NCBI GenBank assembly: GCA_963747235.1
Contig: CAVVEU010000040.1
Location: 256,001-320,000, forward strand
Source of the DNA: an uncultured Candidatus Rokubacteria bacterium
GTDB lineage: Bacteria > Methylomirabilota > Methylomirabilia > Rokubacteriales > CSP1-6
Reading direction: 5' to 3'
DNA length: 64,000 nucleotides
Below, piece after piece: positions 1-10,974 of this stretch (position 1 is its first letter; the number at the start of each line of letters is the position of its first letter). Made by a program: the position numbers and the translations under genes. Under the pieces are notes generated by a model, which was not told where the DNA came from, did not search any database, and saw nothing but the letters and a program-made list of their open reading frames with translations.

Positions 1-1
1 T

Positions 2-157
2 GAGCTCTGCCTCGACCGCCTCGGGCTGCCCGCGCCGGACACCCTCTTCGTGGACGATCGCGCCGACAACATCGAGGGCGCCGCGCGGGTCGGGCTGCGG
101 ACGCTGCAGTTCGAGGGGCCCGACGCGCTCGCCCGGCTGCGGGCCCTGGTCGCCTGA
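2..157 (+). CDS. HAD-superfamily phosphatase, 3' end (partial)
   Basis: Frame 2 reads ELCLDRLGLPAPDTLFVDDRADNIEGAARVGL...*, with the HAD motif IV (FVDD..N). Confidence 0.75.
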   Translation, partial: ELCLDRLGLPAPDTLFVDDRADNIEGAARVGLRTLQFEGPDALARLRALVA

Positions 158-274
158 GCCCCTGTCCGCGCGACGGGCCAACCTGGGCAATTCCCTTCTG
201 GGCCTGGAGGAAAACTTCCGGACGCAATCCTTGCGGAGCCCACCTAACGTCTTGATTCGCCGATGCGGGAACCG

Positions 275-289
275 TGGCGTGCCTCTTGC
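275..289 (+). promoter_or_regulatory. sigma54 (-24/-12) promoter
   Basis: TGGCGTGCCTCTTGC = GG-N10-GC with TTGC, 40 nt before the ATG at 330, which has an AGGAG RBS. Confidence 0.65.
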
Positions 290-329
290 GATGGAGTCGG
301 TAGAGATGCGACCACAACAGGAGAGACAT

Positions 330-806
330 ATGAACCGATTGGCGATGGCGGTTGGACTCGGCGCGGGGCTGCTGCTCCTGGCCGGGCAGGCCGATGCGCA
401 GTGGCGCTACACCGACGACAAGGGCGCGAAGGTCACGCAGTACAAGCTCGACATCCCCACGCCGTACCGCGACGCGGCCGAGTGGATCGGGCCGGTCGGG
501 ATCGGCAAGCCCGAGCTGAGCGCGGACCAGATCCGCGCGGCGCAGCGCTGGGACGCCATCCAGCGGATCGTGGCCGCGGAGGCCGGGCTCCTGCAGTACA
601 AGACCGTGACGGCCCAGGCGCCGCCGCCCGTGGATCCGGGCGCCGGCCGGCCCCTGGCCACCATGTGCATCGCGGGCGAGCTCCGGAACATGACCTCCCC
701 GGGCATCTGGAAGGTCGTCGGCGGGTGCTCCACCGGCGCCTCCGGCTTCTCGACCGGCTACGGGACCGACGGCTACGGATCCTTCGGCGGCATCATGGTC
801 AGGTGA
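330..806 (+). CDS. Secreted hypothetical protein (DUF4124-like N-terminus)
   Basis: RBS AGGAG; signal peptide MNRLAMAVGLGAGLLLLAGQADA then QWRYTDDKG motif. Confidence 0.7.
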   Translation: MNRLAMAVGLGAGLLLLAGQADAQWRYTDDKGAKVTQYKLDIPTPYRDAAEWIGPVGIGKPELSADQIRAAQRWDAIQRIVAAEAGLLQYKTVTAQAPPPVDPGAGRPLATMCIAGELRNMTSPGIWKVVGGCSTGASGFSTGYGTDGYGSFGGIMVR

Positions 807-807
807 G

Positions 808-1362
808 CTAGAGACGGAAGCGGGCGCGGATCTCGTCGGGCCGCTCGGAGTAGGGCGGGATCGCCTCGGCCGGATCGAAGGCGATCTCGACCACGATCAG
901 CGCCGGGGCGCCCGCCCCGCGCGCGCGCGTGAACGCCTCGCGCAGCCCCGCGACGTCGCCGACCGAGGCCACGTGGCCGATGCCGGCCGCGCGCGCCAGC
1001 GCCGCCCAGTCCACCGCCACCGCGGGGAGCGCCTGCCCGCCGGAGGACTCGTACCGGCCGTTCACCCAGAGCACCATCGTCAGATTCGGCGGCGCGGCCG
1101 CGGCCACGGTGGCCAGCACGTTGGGGCTCATCAGCAGCGAGCCGTCGCCCTCGAGCGCGACCACGTGGCGGTCGGGGCGCTGGAGCGCCATGCCGAGCCC
1201 GAGCGGGATCGCCGCGCTCATCGAGTCGCACAGCGCGAACACCGGACACGGCACCGTCATGTGCGGCAGGTAGCGGGCGTTGGCGCCCAGGCAGGAGACG
1301 AGCACGTCGCGCGGCGTCAGCATCGCGACCAGCGCGTCCAGCAGCGGCTTGCGCGCGGTCAC
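808..1362 (-). CDS. ThDP-dependent decarboxylase beta subunit (sulfopyruvate/phosphonopyruvate decarboxylase ComE-like)
   Basis: EGDGSLLM...VNGRYESSGGQ ThDP-binding motif; GTG overlaps the upstream stop. Confidence 0.8.
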   Translation of the reverse strand: MTARKPLLDALVAMLTPRDVLVSCLGANARYLPHMTVPCPVFALCDSMSAAIPLGLGMALQRPDRHVVALEGDGSLLMSPNVLATVAAAAPPNLTMVLWVNGRYESSGGQALPAVAVDWAALARAAGIGHVASVGDVAGLREAFTRARGAGAPALIVVEIAFDPAEAIPPYSERPDEIRARFRL

Positions 1363-1853
1363 GCGAGATCCTCCCCGCTGATCAGCAGCACGAAGGGCCC
1401 GCGCGACTCCACGCAGAACTCGACGCCCTGTTGCACCTGATGGGCCAGGTCGCCCCGGCGGTCCGCGCGCGCGTGAGGCAGCCGCCAGGCGCGCAGCGTC
1501 TCCTCGGTCACGCGGCCCTTGGGCGCGTGGTAGTAGACCGGATCGCGATGATCGCCCCTCAGGGACACGATGAAGAAACACGGCAGATGGTAGAGCTCCA
1601 CGAGCCCGGCCAGGATCCCGCCGCAGTTGAGCAGCCCCGCGTTCTGGATCAGCACCGCGCCGCGCCCGCCGGCCAGGTTGGCGCCGCAGGCCACCGCCAC
1701 CGCCTCCTCCTCGCGGGCCACGTCCACCGCGCGCAGCCGCGGCGAGCGGCGCACCCCCGCCATCAGCCGGCCGATCCACGTATCCGGCACCGAGGCCACG
1801 ATCGAGACCTGGGCCGCCTCGAGCCCCGCGACGATCTGCTCGAGCCCGGTCAC
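1359..1853 (-). CDS. ThDP-dependent decarboxylase alpha subunit (ComD-like)
   Basis: VPDTW...REEEAVAVACGANLAG...IQNAGLLN motifs. Confidence 0.8.
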   Translation of the reverse strand: MTGLEQIVAGLEAAQVSIVASVPDTWIGRLMAGVRRSPRLRAVDVAREEEAVAVACGANLAGGRGAVLIQNAGLLNCGGILAGLVELYHLPCFFIVSLRGDHRDPVYYHAPKGRVTEETLRAWRLPHARADRRGDLAHQVQQGVEFCVESRGPFVLLISGEDLA

Positions 1854-2929
1854 CGGCCGGCCTCGGCCGTCGCGGACCCGAGCCGCATGAAGGCGTCCGC
1901 CGGCAGGTGCACCCGCAGCGCCTGGCCCGACGCGAGCGCGACCGGGGCGGGCTCGGGCACGAACACGAAGAGGCGCTGGCCGCCCGCGATCTCGACGGTC
2001 AGATCGGTCTGCACGCCCTGGTAGACCACGCCGGTGACGCGGCCGTCCACCACGTTCTCCCCCGGCCCCCCGGCGAGCCGGACGCGCTCCGGCCGGATGG
2101 CCAGCTCGACCGCCTCGCCCGCTCGAAGCCCGGGCACACCCACGACGCGGACCACCTCGCCGCCCGCGAGCGTCACCTGGTCCGCGGCGGTCGCGCGGCC
2201 GCGCAGCACGCTGGAGGCGCCGATGAACTCGGCCACGAAGCGCGTCGCCGGCCTCTCGTAGATCTCGCGCGGGGCGCCGAGCTGCTCGATGCGCCCGCCG
2301 AGCATCACCGCGATGCGGTCGGAGAGCCCGAGGGCCTCGGCCTGATCGTGGGTGACGAAGATCGTGGTGATGCCGACCGAGCGCTGGATCTCCCGCAGCT
2401 CGCTCCGCATCTCCTCGCGCAGCTTCTTGTCGAGCGCGGCGAGCGGCTCGTCCAGCAGCAGCACGCGCGGCTCGTAGACCAGCGCCCGGGCCAGGGCGAC
2501 CCGCTGCTGCATGCCCCCCGAGAGCTGGGCCGGGCGGGCCTCCGCGCGCGTGTCCAGGCGCACGAGGGCCAGCGCCGCCCGCACCCGCCGCTCGATCTCC
2601 GCCCGGGGCGTCCGTCGCTCGCGCAGGCCGAAGGCCACGTTCTCGAACACGGAGAGGTGCGGGAAGAGCGCGTAGGACTGGAACACCACCCCGAGCCTGC
2701 GCTGGTGGGCCGGCTGGTCGGTGACGTCCTGGCCGTCGATCCGGATGCGGCCGGCGGTCGGCGGCACGAATCCCGCGATCAGGTTGAGCGTGGTGGTCTT
2801 GCCGCAGCCCGACGGGCCGAGCAGCGAGAGCAGCTCGCCCTCGTGGACGACCAGGTCGAGCCCCGCGACCGCGTGGACGCCGCCGTAGTCGCGGGTGCAC
2901 CCCACCAGCTCGACCACCGCGCGCGCCAT
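1850..2929 (-). CDS. ABC transporter ATP-binding protein (PotA-like, TOBE tail)
   Basis: [23 protein letters not shown]. Confidence 0.92.
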   Translation of the reverse strand: MARAVVELVGCTRDYGGVHAVAGLDLVVHEGELLSLLGPSGCGKTTTLNLIAGFVPPTAGRIRIDGQDVTDQPAHQRRLGVVFQSYALFPHLSVFENVAFGLRERRTPRAEIERRVRAALALVRLDTRAEARPAQLSGGMQQRVALARALVYEPRVLLLDEPLAALDKKLREEMRSELREIQRSVGITTIFVTHDQAEALGLSDRIAVMLGGRIEQLGAPREIYERPATRFVAEFIGASSVLRGRATAADQVTLAGGEVVRVVGVPGLRAGEAVELAIRPERVRLAGGPGENVVDGRVTGVVYQGVQTDLTVEIAGGQRLFVFVPEPAPVALASGQALRVHLPADAFMRLGSATAEAGR

Positions 2930-2954
2930 CAGCCGAGCCTCCCCGGTGCCCGCT

Positions 2955-3731
2955 TCATCGGTGATGCAGGAACACGCCGCCCAGGTCCAGGAACCGGTCG
3001 GCGAGCCAGACGACCACGAAGGTACCCACGATGAAGAGCGTGGACAGCGCCGCGATGGTCGGATCGGTGTAGTTGACCACGTAGCTGAACATGGCCACCG
3101 GCAGGATCTCGGTCAGCCGCGTCGAGATGAAGAGCGAGACCACGAACTCGTTCAGCGACACGATCACCGCGAAGAGCCCCGCCGCGAGGAGACCGGGACG
3201 CAGCAGCGGCAGCGTCACCCGGCGGAAGGCCCGCCAGGGCGTGGCGCCCAGGCTGGCCGCGGCCCGCTCCAGCGTCGGGTCCAGATTCTGCACGCTCACC
3301 CACACCGAGCGCACCACGAACGGCAGGACGAGGGCCACGTGCGCCGCGATCAGCACGCTCCGGCTGCGCAGCAGGCCGAGCGCGGCCCCCAGGATCAGGA
3401 AACCCAGGCCGGCCGCGACGCCGGGCACCACGAGCGGCGAGAGGAGCACCGTGGCCCAGATCGAGGCCCCGCGCACCCGTCCGCGCGCCAGCGCCAGCGC
3501 CGCCGCGGTGCCGATCGGAATGGCCAGCGCGACCGCGCCCGCGGTCACCAGGAGGCTGTTCCACATCGCCCGCTGGAACTGGGGATAGGTGACCACGTTC
3601 ACGTACCAGCGCAGCGACAGCCCGTTCGGCGGGAACGACAGGATCGCGGTCGGGTTGAACGAGACCGCGATCACCACGACGGTCGGCAGCGTCATGAACG
3701 CGAGCAGGGCGACCACGACCAGCCGGAACAT
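2955..3731 (-). CDS. ABC permease (PotC-like)
   Basis: Hydrophobic; LERAAASLGA EAA loop. Confidence 0.9.
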   Translation of the reverse strand: MFRLVVVALLAFMTLPTVVVIAVSFNPTAILSFPPNGLSLRWYVNVVTYPQFQRAMWNSLLVTAGAVALAIPIGTAAALALARGRVRGASIWATVLLSPLVVPGVAAGLGFLILGAALGLLRSRSVLIAAHVALVLPFVVRSVWVSVQNLDPTLERAAASLGATPWRAFRRVTLPLLRPGLLAAGLFAVIVSLNEFVVSLFISTRLTEILPVAMFSYVVNYTDPTIAALSTLFIVGTFVVVWLADRFLDLGGVFLHHR

Positions 3732-3732
3732 C

Positions 3733-4527
3733 TCAGGCGCCCCGATCGGCGACCGCGGTGAGCTTCCCCGCGCCCGCCAGCAGCGCCAGCGTGATCACCA
3801 GCGCCAGCAGCGCGAAGGCCGCGCCCCCGGGCCAGTTGAACGAATCGAGCGCCAGGTCGCGGACCACGTTGGCGATCATCTTCACCCGCCCGCCGCCCAG
3901 CAGCTCGGGGGTGGCGAAGGCGCTCAGCGTCCAGGCGAAGACGATCACCGAACCGGAGACGATGCCCGGCAGCGACAGCGGCAGGGTCACCCGCCGGAAC
4001 ACGCGGGCCGGGCTCGCGCCCAGGCTGGCCGCCGCGCGCTCGTACACCGGATCGATGTGGCTGATCGCGGCGGCCAGCAGCAGGATCATGGTCGGCATCG
4101 AGAAGTGCACGAGCCCCACCAGCACCCCCCGCGGCGTGAACAGCATCGGCACCGGCCAGGTGACCACCGTGTTGCCCAGGACCAGCACCCAGGCGTACGT
4201 CCGCACGATCGCGCCGGTGAAGAACGGGGCCAGCACCAGCACGAGGAGCGCCGAGCGCACGCGGGCCGACTGGGTGCGGGCGAGCGCGTAGGCCACCGGG
4301 TAGGAGGCGACGAGGGTCAGCCCGGTGGTGGCCGCGCTCAGCACCAGCGTGTCCCACACCGCGCCCAGGTACTGCCGGCTCATGATACCGGTGAAGTTGG
4401 CGACGGTGAGGCCGCCGGTCTGCAGCGACCCCGGCACGAACTCGAGCACGCTGTAGCGCAGCAGCGCGGAGAGCGCGGCCGCGAACACCGCGACGACGAG
4501 CACGGCCGGGGTCAGGAGCAGACGCAC
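3733..4527 (-). CDS. ABC permease (PotB-like)
   Basis: YERAAASLGA EAA loop; FNWPGGAA motif. Confidence 0.9.
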   Translation of the reverse strand: MRLLLTPAVLVVAVFAAALSALLRYSVLEFVPGSLQTGGLTVANFTGIMSRQYLGAVWDTLVLSAATTGLTLVASYPVAYALARTQSARVRSALLVLVLAPFFTGAIVRTYAWVLVLGNTVVTWPVPMLFTPRGVLVGLVHFSMPTMILLLAAAISHIDPVYERAAASLGASPARVFRRVTLPLSLPGIVSGSVIVFAWTLSAFATPELLGGGRVKMIANVVRDLALDSFNWPGGAAFALLALVITLALLAGAGKLTAVADRGA

Positions 4528-4542
4528 CGCTACTTGACCCCG

Positions 4543-5571
4543 CTACTTGACGATGTTGGCGGTGAACCACTCGCGCCAGCCGGGAAGGTTCCTGGCCCGC
4601 ACGTCGTCGTTCAGGATGTAGCCCTTCTCCTTCCACTCGGCCGGGGTCAGGAAGATGCCCGGCTGGCCCCGGAAGGCGGCGGGCACGGTGGCGCCGCCGT
4701 TCACCGGCCCCGCCTTGAGCGCCTTCGCCAGCTCGGTCTGGATCTCCGTGGACAGGGCCAGGTTGATGAACTCCTGGGCCGCGTCCGCCTTCTTGGTGCC
4801 GGCCATCACCGACATGCAGTCGATCCCCACGATACCCGGATAGTCCTTGGGCTGGACCAGCTTGACCGCGATGCCCTGCTCCTGGAGGTGATAGGCGTTG
4901 ACCGACAGCATCACCTGCACCGGCGCCTGGCCGGTCTTCATCAGGTCCTGGCTCTGGGCGTCGGTCGAGTAGAAGGCCACGATGCTGGGCTTGAGCGCCT
5001 TGAGCCGCTCCTGGCCCTTCTGCCACGTCGTCTCGTTGCCACCCTCCATCAGGGCCGCGATCGTGATGATGTGCGAGGGGTCGAAGTCGGGCATCGCGAT
5101 CTTGCCCTTCAGCGACGGCTTCCAGAGATCCGACCACGACGTGATCTCCTCCTTCACCAGGTCCGGCCGGTACACGATCGTGTACACGTAGCTCCAGCCG
5201 CCCATCTGGAACTCGCTCCGCTGGGCCTCGCGCGCGGCCGCCTTCGCGTTCGGGAGCTTGGCCATGTCGAGCGGGGCGAAGAGCCCGTCCGAGACGTAGA
5301 GGCGTCCCACGTGGCTCGTGGTGAACGTGACGTCCACCAGCGGGCTACCCTTGGCCACCCGCGCCTTGGCGAGGCGGTCGATGGTGCCGCCCACCTCGAA
5401 CTCGACCGGCATGCCGGTCTTGGCGGTGAAGGCCTTCCCGATGACGCGATCCACGGTGTCCTTCCAGTTGCCGCCCCAGACGCTCACCACGAGCGAGTTC
5501 TGGGCGTGGGCGGGGGCGACGGCCCCGAAGCACAGCGCGAGCAGGGTCAACACGGCGAGGCGCGCGAGCAT
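4543..5571 (-). CDS. ABC substrate-binding protein (polyamine/PotD-like family)
   Basis: Signal peptide, WGGNW, ITSWSDLW; AGGAG RBS. Confidence 0.88.
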   Translation of the reverse strand: MLARLAVLTLLALCFGAVAPAHAQNSLVVSVWGGNWKDTVDRVIGKAFTAKTGMPVEFEVGGTIDRLAKARVAKGSPLVDVTFTTSHVGRLYVSDGLFAPLDMAKLPNAKAAAREAQRSEFQMGGWSYVYTIVYRPDLVKEEITSWSDLWKPSLKGKIAMPDFDPSHIITIAALMEGGNETTWQKGQERLKALKPSIVAFYSTDAQSQDLMKTGQAPVQVMLSVNAYHLQEQGIAVKLVQPKDYPGIVGIDCMSVMAGTKKADAAQEFINLALSTEIQTELAKALKAGPVNGGATVPAAFRGQPGIFLTPAEWKEKGYILNDDVRARNLPGWREWFTANIVK

Positions 5572-5582
5572 ATGCATCTCTC

Positions 5583-6068
5583 CTATGGCGTGCGGGGTTG
5601 AGCGACCAGCGCCTGAGCGGCCGCCTCGATGGCCTCGACGATGAAGTGGTAGCCGGTGCAGCGGCAGAGGTGCCCGGCCAGCATCTCGCGGATCTCCTCG
5701 CGCGACGGCGCGGGCCGCTCGCGGAGAAACGCGCAGGCGCTCATGATGATACCAGGGGTGCAGTAGCCGCATTGCAGCCCGTGCTTGGCCCAGAAGGCTT
5801 CCTGGATCGGGTGGAGCCCGTCGGCGGGGGCGACGCCCTCGATCGTCGAGACACCATGGCCGTCCGCCTGCACCGCCAGCATCAGGCAGGCGCGCACCGG
5901 CTCGCCGTCGAGCAGCACCGTGCACGCGCCGCACACCCCGTGCTCGCAGCCCACGTGGGTGCCGGTGAGATCGAGGTCTTCTCTGAGGAAATCGGCCAGG
6001 GTCGCGCGCACCTCGACCGTGCGCTCGTGCGCCTGGCCGTTCACGGTCACCCGGATCGCCTTGTTCAC
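5583..6068 (-). CDS. Xanthine dehydrogenase/CoxS-family 2x[2Fe-2S] subunit
   Basis: GCEHGVCGACTV, QCGYCTPG, CRCTGY. Confidence 0.92.
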   Translation of the reverse strand: MNKAIRVTVNGQAHERTVEVRATLADFLREDLDLTGTHVGCEHGVCGACTVLLDGEPVRACLMLAVQADGHGVSTIEGVAPADGLHPIQEAFWAKHGLQCGYCTPGIIMSACAFLRERPAPSREEIREMLAGHLCRCTGYHFIVEAIEAAAQALVAQPRTP

Positions 6069-6942
6069 GACGCGCTCCCTCCGCACCGCGCGAGCGCCGC
6101 GGTCAGCGTGCGCTCGGCCAGGGTGGCCGCCACCTGCCGCCGGTACGACGCGGTGGCGTGGATGTCGCCGTCGGGCGAGAGCCCCGCCGCCGCGGCGCGC
6201 GCGGCCTCGCCGATGAGGGCCGGCGTCGGCGCGCGGCCTTCCAGCGCCCGCTCCGCGGCCGCGCCCCGCATGGGCGTCCCGCCCGCGCCGAAGAAGGCCA
6301 GCCGCGCCCGCGCCACCGTGCCGTCGGCGGCGCGCGTGAGCACCGCCACCGCGCCCACCAGGGCGAAGTCGCCGTGGCGGCGCGAGACCTCCGCGAAGCC
6401 CCAGCCCGAGCCGGCCGGCGGCAGCGTGAAGCGCACCGCGGTGGCCAGCTCGTGGCCGCCGAGCGCGGTGGTCAGCGGGGCGCGGTAGAACCGGTCGGCC
6501 GGGATCATGCGCTCGCCCCGGGGCCCGCGCGCGACCACCACGCCGTCGAGGCAGAGCAGCAGCGCGGGCAGCTCCGAGGCCGGATCCGCGTGGACGAGAT
6601 TGCCCACCACCGTGCCGCGATTGCGGATCGGCGGGTGCGCCACCACCCGGAGCACACTCGGCGAAGAGCGGCGAGCCGGCCCGCCGCCCAGCGCTCGAGC
6701 GCGCGCTGGCGCACGAGGGCGCCGATGCTCGAGGATGCCGCGAGGCCTCGCGGATCCCGTCGAGTCCCCGCAGCCGGTTGATGTCCACCAGCACCGCCGG
6801 CCGCGCCAGCCGCAGCGCCAGCATCGGGATCAGGCTCTGGCCGCCGGCCAGGATCTTGGCGTCGTCGCCCGCGGTGGCCAGCGCGCCGATCGCGTCGTCG
6901 AGCGTGCGCCGGCGCCACGTAGTCGAACGGGGCGGGCTTCAT
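6065..6942 (-). CDS. CoxM-family FAD subunit (frameshifted)
   Basis: MKPAPFDY start, IRNRGTVVGNLVHADPASELP, RRHGDFA spread over several frames. Confidence 0.85.
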
Positions 6943-9307
6943 GCGGGCATCGCCTTCCGGGCCGCCGCCTGCTCGAGCAGCCCGAGCACCACCGACGGGC
7001 CCAGGGGCGTGCGGGTCACGCGCACGCCGAACGGGGCGAGCGCGTCCTCGACCGCGTTGGCGATGGCGGCGGGCGGCGAGATCGCCCCGCCCTCGCCGAT
7101 GCCCTTCAGGCCGAGCGGGTTCCGCGGCGACGGGTACTCGAGGTGCACGGTCTCGATCGGCGGCAGCTCCATCGCGGTCGGCACCAGGTAGTCCATGAAG
7201 GTCCCGGTCAGGAGCTGCGCCTGCTCGTCGTAGACCATCTCCTCCAGGAGCCCGCCGCCGACGCCCTGCGCGACGCCGCCGTGGATCTGGCCCTCGACGA
7301 TCACCGGATTGATGAGCGTCCCGCAGTCGTGGGCCACCAGGTAGCGGAGCAGCTTCACCGCCCCGGTGCCGATGTCCACGTCCACCACCGCGACGTGGGT
7401 GGCGCTCGTGTAGGTCACGGTCGGCTGGTGATGGTACACCGTCGCCTCGAAGTCGGGCGAGGCCACGCCGGGCTTGGCGAACGTGGGGATCGCGGCCCGG
7501 ATCACGCTGGCGAGCGGGATCGCCGAGGCCGGCACCCCGCGCACCGACACGACCCCGTCCGCCAGCTCGATGTCGGCGGGCGCGGCCTCGAGCAGCGCGG
7601 CGGCGGCCGCGATCAGCTTGTCTCGCACGCGGCCCGAGGCCTCGTGGATGGAGCTGCCCGCGTTGACCGCGCTGCGCGAGGCGAACGTGCCGACCCCGAA
7701 CGGGATCGCGGCGGTGTCACCGCCCACGATGGTCACCGCCTCGAGCGGGATGCCCAGCGCGTCGGCCGCGATCTGGGCGAACGAGGTCTCGTGCCCCTGC
7801 CCCTGGCAGCAGGCCCCGGTGGCGACCACCGCGTGGCCCGAGGCGTCGAGCCGCACCGTCGCGCCTTCGTAGGGCCCGATCGCGGTGCCCTCCACGTAGC
7901 TGGAGATGCCGATGCCGCGATGGATCCCCCGCTCGCGCAGCCGCGCCTGCTCGGCCCGCAGGGCGTCGTAGCCGACCGCGCGAAGGGCCGCCTCGAGGCC
8001 GGCCTTGAAGTCGCCGCTGTCGTAGACCAGCGGGTTGCCGTCGCGATACGGGATGCCGCAGCTCGTACGGCAGGTCGGCCGCGGACAGGAAGTTGCGCCG
8101 GCGCAGCTCGGCCGGGTCCATGCGCGAGCTCGCGCGCCAGGCAGTCCACGATGCGGTCCATCGCGAACACGGTCTCGGGGCGGCCCGCGCCGCGATAGGG
8201 CGCGTTCGGCGTCTTGGTGGTCACCACGCCGAGGCACTCGACGTCGAGGTTCGCCACGCGATGCGGGCCCAGCAGATGCGCCACCGTGTTGTAGGGCAGC
8301 ACGATGCCCCAGGAGTTGTAGGCGCCCAGGTCCACCCAGATGCGATCGCGCACGGCCAGCATGGTCCCGTCCCGCCGCGCCGCGATCTCGATGTCGTGCA
8401 CCTGGTGCGCGCGCGTGGGCCGAGCCCATCATGTGCTCGCGCCGGTCCTCGGTCCACTTCACCGGCCGGCGCGCCAGCGATGGCCGCGGCGGGGATCAGC
8501 AGGTCCTCCGCGTAGCCGTTGGCCTTGGTGCCGAAGCCGCCGCCCACGTCGGGGGCGATGACGCGGATCTTGTGCGGCGGCAGCCCGAGCGCGGCCACCA
8601 GGCCCTGCTGCACGAAGTGGACGACCTGGGTGCCGTTCCACGTGGTGAGCGTGCCGTCCCGCGCATCCCACTGGGCGACCACGCCGCGCGTCTCGATCGG
8701 CATGCCCACGTAGCGCGGGATCACGAAGCGCTCGCGCACCCGCGCGTCGGCCTGGCGGAAGGCCGCCTCGACGTCGCCGAAGCCCGGTCTTGAACGAGAG
8801 GGCGATGTTGTCGCCCCACGCCGGATAGAGCACGGGCGCGTCGGGCCGCGCGGCCGCCTCCACGTCGGCCAGCGCGGGCAGCGGCTCGTAGTCGACCTCG
8901 ATCAGCTCGCAGCCGTCCTCGGCCACCGCGCGGCCTGACGGCCAGCACCATGGCCACGATCTCGCCCACGTGCCGCGCCTCGTCCCGGCACATCGCGAGC
9001 TGGTGGGGCTGCTTCATGGTGACGACGACGCGCGCGGCCAGGCCGGGCGGGATCGCGCCGAAGAGCGGCAGCGGCTTCATCCACCGCTCGAGATCGGCGA
9101 AGGTGAAGACGTGGGCGACGCCGGGCGAGCCGCCGGGCCGCGTCGGTGCGGATCGCCGCGATGCGCGCGTGGGCGTGCGGGCTGCGCACGAACGCCGACG
9201 TGGAGCATCCCGGGCAGCTTGATGTCGTCCACGAAGCGGCCCTCGCCGCGGAGGTAGCGCGGGTCTTCCTTGCGTCTTACCGATGCTCCGAAGTACTTGG
9301 CGCCCAT
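6939..9307 (-). CDS. Xanthine dehydrogenase-family molybdopterin subunit (CoxL/CutL-like; frameshifted)
   Basis: RKEDPRYLRGEGRFVDD, DVGGGFGTK, PYRGAGRPE, QGQGHET, GTFASR, EGQIHGG, KGIGEGG. Confidence 0.88.
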
Positions 9308-9344
9308 GTGTTCGCCTGGCGGCTCCTGTCTCCTGCGGACTTCG

Positions 9345-9492
9345 GTTTACTTCTTCAAGCTCTTCATCTGCGGGGGCCCAGACATGGCCCCCGCACTCCC
9401 CCATGGCGGACAACCGTTTACTTCTTGAAGCTCTTCATCTGCGGGGGCCCAGACATGGCCCCCGCACTCCCCCAGATGGCGGACAACCGTTT
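9345..9492. repeat. Two tandem ~72-bp copies of a hairpin-containing intergenic repeat
   Basis: gtttacttctt(c/g)aagctcttcatc-TGCGGGGGCC cagacat GGCCCCCGCA-ctcccc...ggcggacaaccgttt, twice. Confidence 0.9.
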
Positions 9493-9510
9493 CGGCGCTT
9501 GGACTTCTGC

Positions 9511-10201
<691 letters not shown>

Positions 10202-10221
<20 letters not shown>

Positions 10222-10974
10222 CCGCTCCCAGGTAGGCGCGGATCACCTCGGGGTCGCGCTGCACCGCGGCCGGGTCCCCGTCGGCGATGAGCCGGCCGTA
10301 GTTCAAGACCAGCACGCGGTCCGAGATGCCCATGACCAGGCGCATGTCGTGCTCGACCAGGAACACCGTGATGCCCTCGTCGCGGATGCGGCCGATCAGC
10401 GCGGCCACCGCCATCTTCTCGGAGGCGGTCATGCCCGACGCGGGCTCGTCGAGCAGCAGCAGGCGGGGCCGCGCGGCCAGGCCGACCGCCAGCTCCAGCA
10501 GCCGCTGCTCGCCGTAGGAGAGCGCGGTGGCCGACTCCTCGCGGCGCGCCCCCAGGCCCACGAAGTCCATCACCCGATCCGCCTCCGCGCCGAGCTCGCC
10601 GCTCCTCGGCGCGCACCCGCCCGCGGGCCAGCAGCGCGGCGGTCACGCCCACGCGCCCGCGCAGGTGGAGGCCGGTGAGCACGTTCTCCCGCACCGTCAG
10701 CCCGGGGAAGAGGCTCGTCTTCTGGAAGGTGCGCACGAGGCCCCGCGCCGCGATGCGATGCGGCCGCCACCCGGTGATGGCCTGCGCCGTCGTGGTGCAC
10801 CGTCCCCTGGGTCGCGCGCTGAAACCCGGTGATCACATTGAACGCGGTGGTCTTCCCCGCGCCGTTGGGGCCGATCAGGCTCGTCACCGTGCCGGGCGCG
10901 ACCGCGAAGCTCACGCCGGCCAGCGCGGCCACGCCGCCGAAGCGCACCGTGAGATCCCGCGCCTCGAGCGTCAC
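10202..10974 (-). CDS. livG: Branched-chain amino acid ABC ATPase (LivG-like; frameshifted)
   Basis: GPNGAGKTT, RTFQ, LSYGEQR, VIRAYLG. Confidence 0.85.

Noticed and set aside
3589-5601. Long antisense ORFs (e.g. 670 aa here, and many others)
   Set aside because: Shadow frames of high-GC genes with no recognisable motifs or start signals
6939-9307. Aerobic CO dehydrogenase (form I)
   Set aside because: The active-site loop is PYRGAGR, not AYxCSFR; gene order is L-M-S and no cox accessory genes are present
9345-9492. Possible mini-CRISPR array
   Set aside because: Whole units are duplicated with no unique spacers, and no cas genes are present
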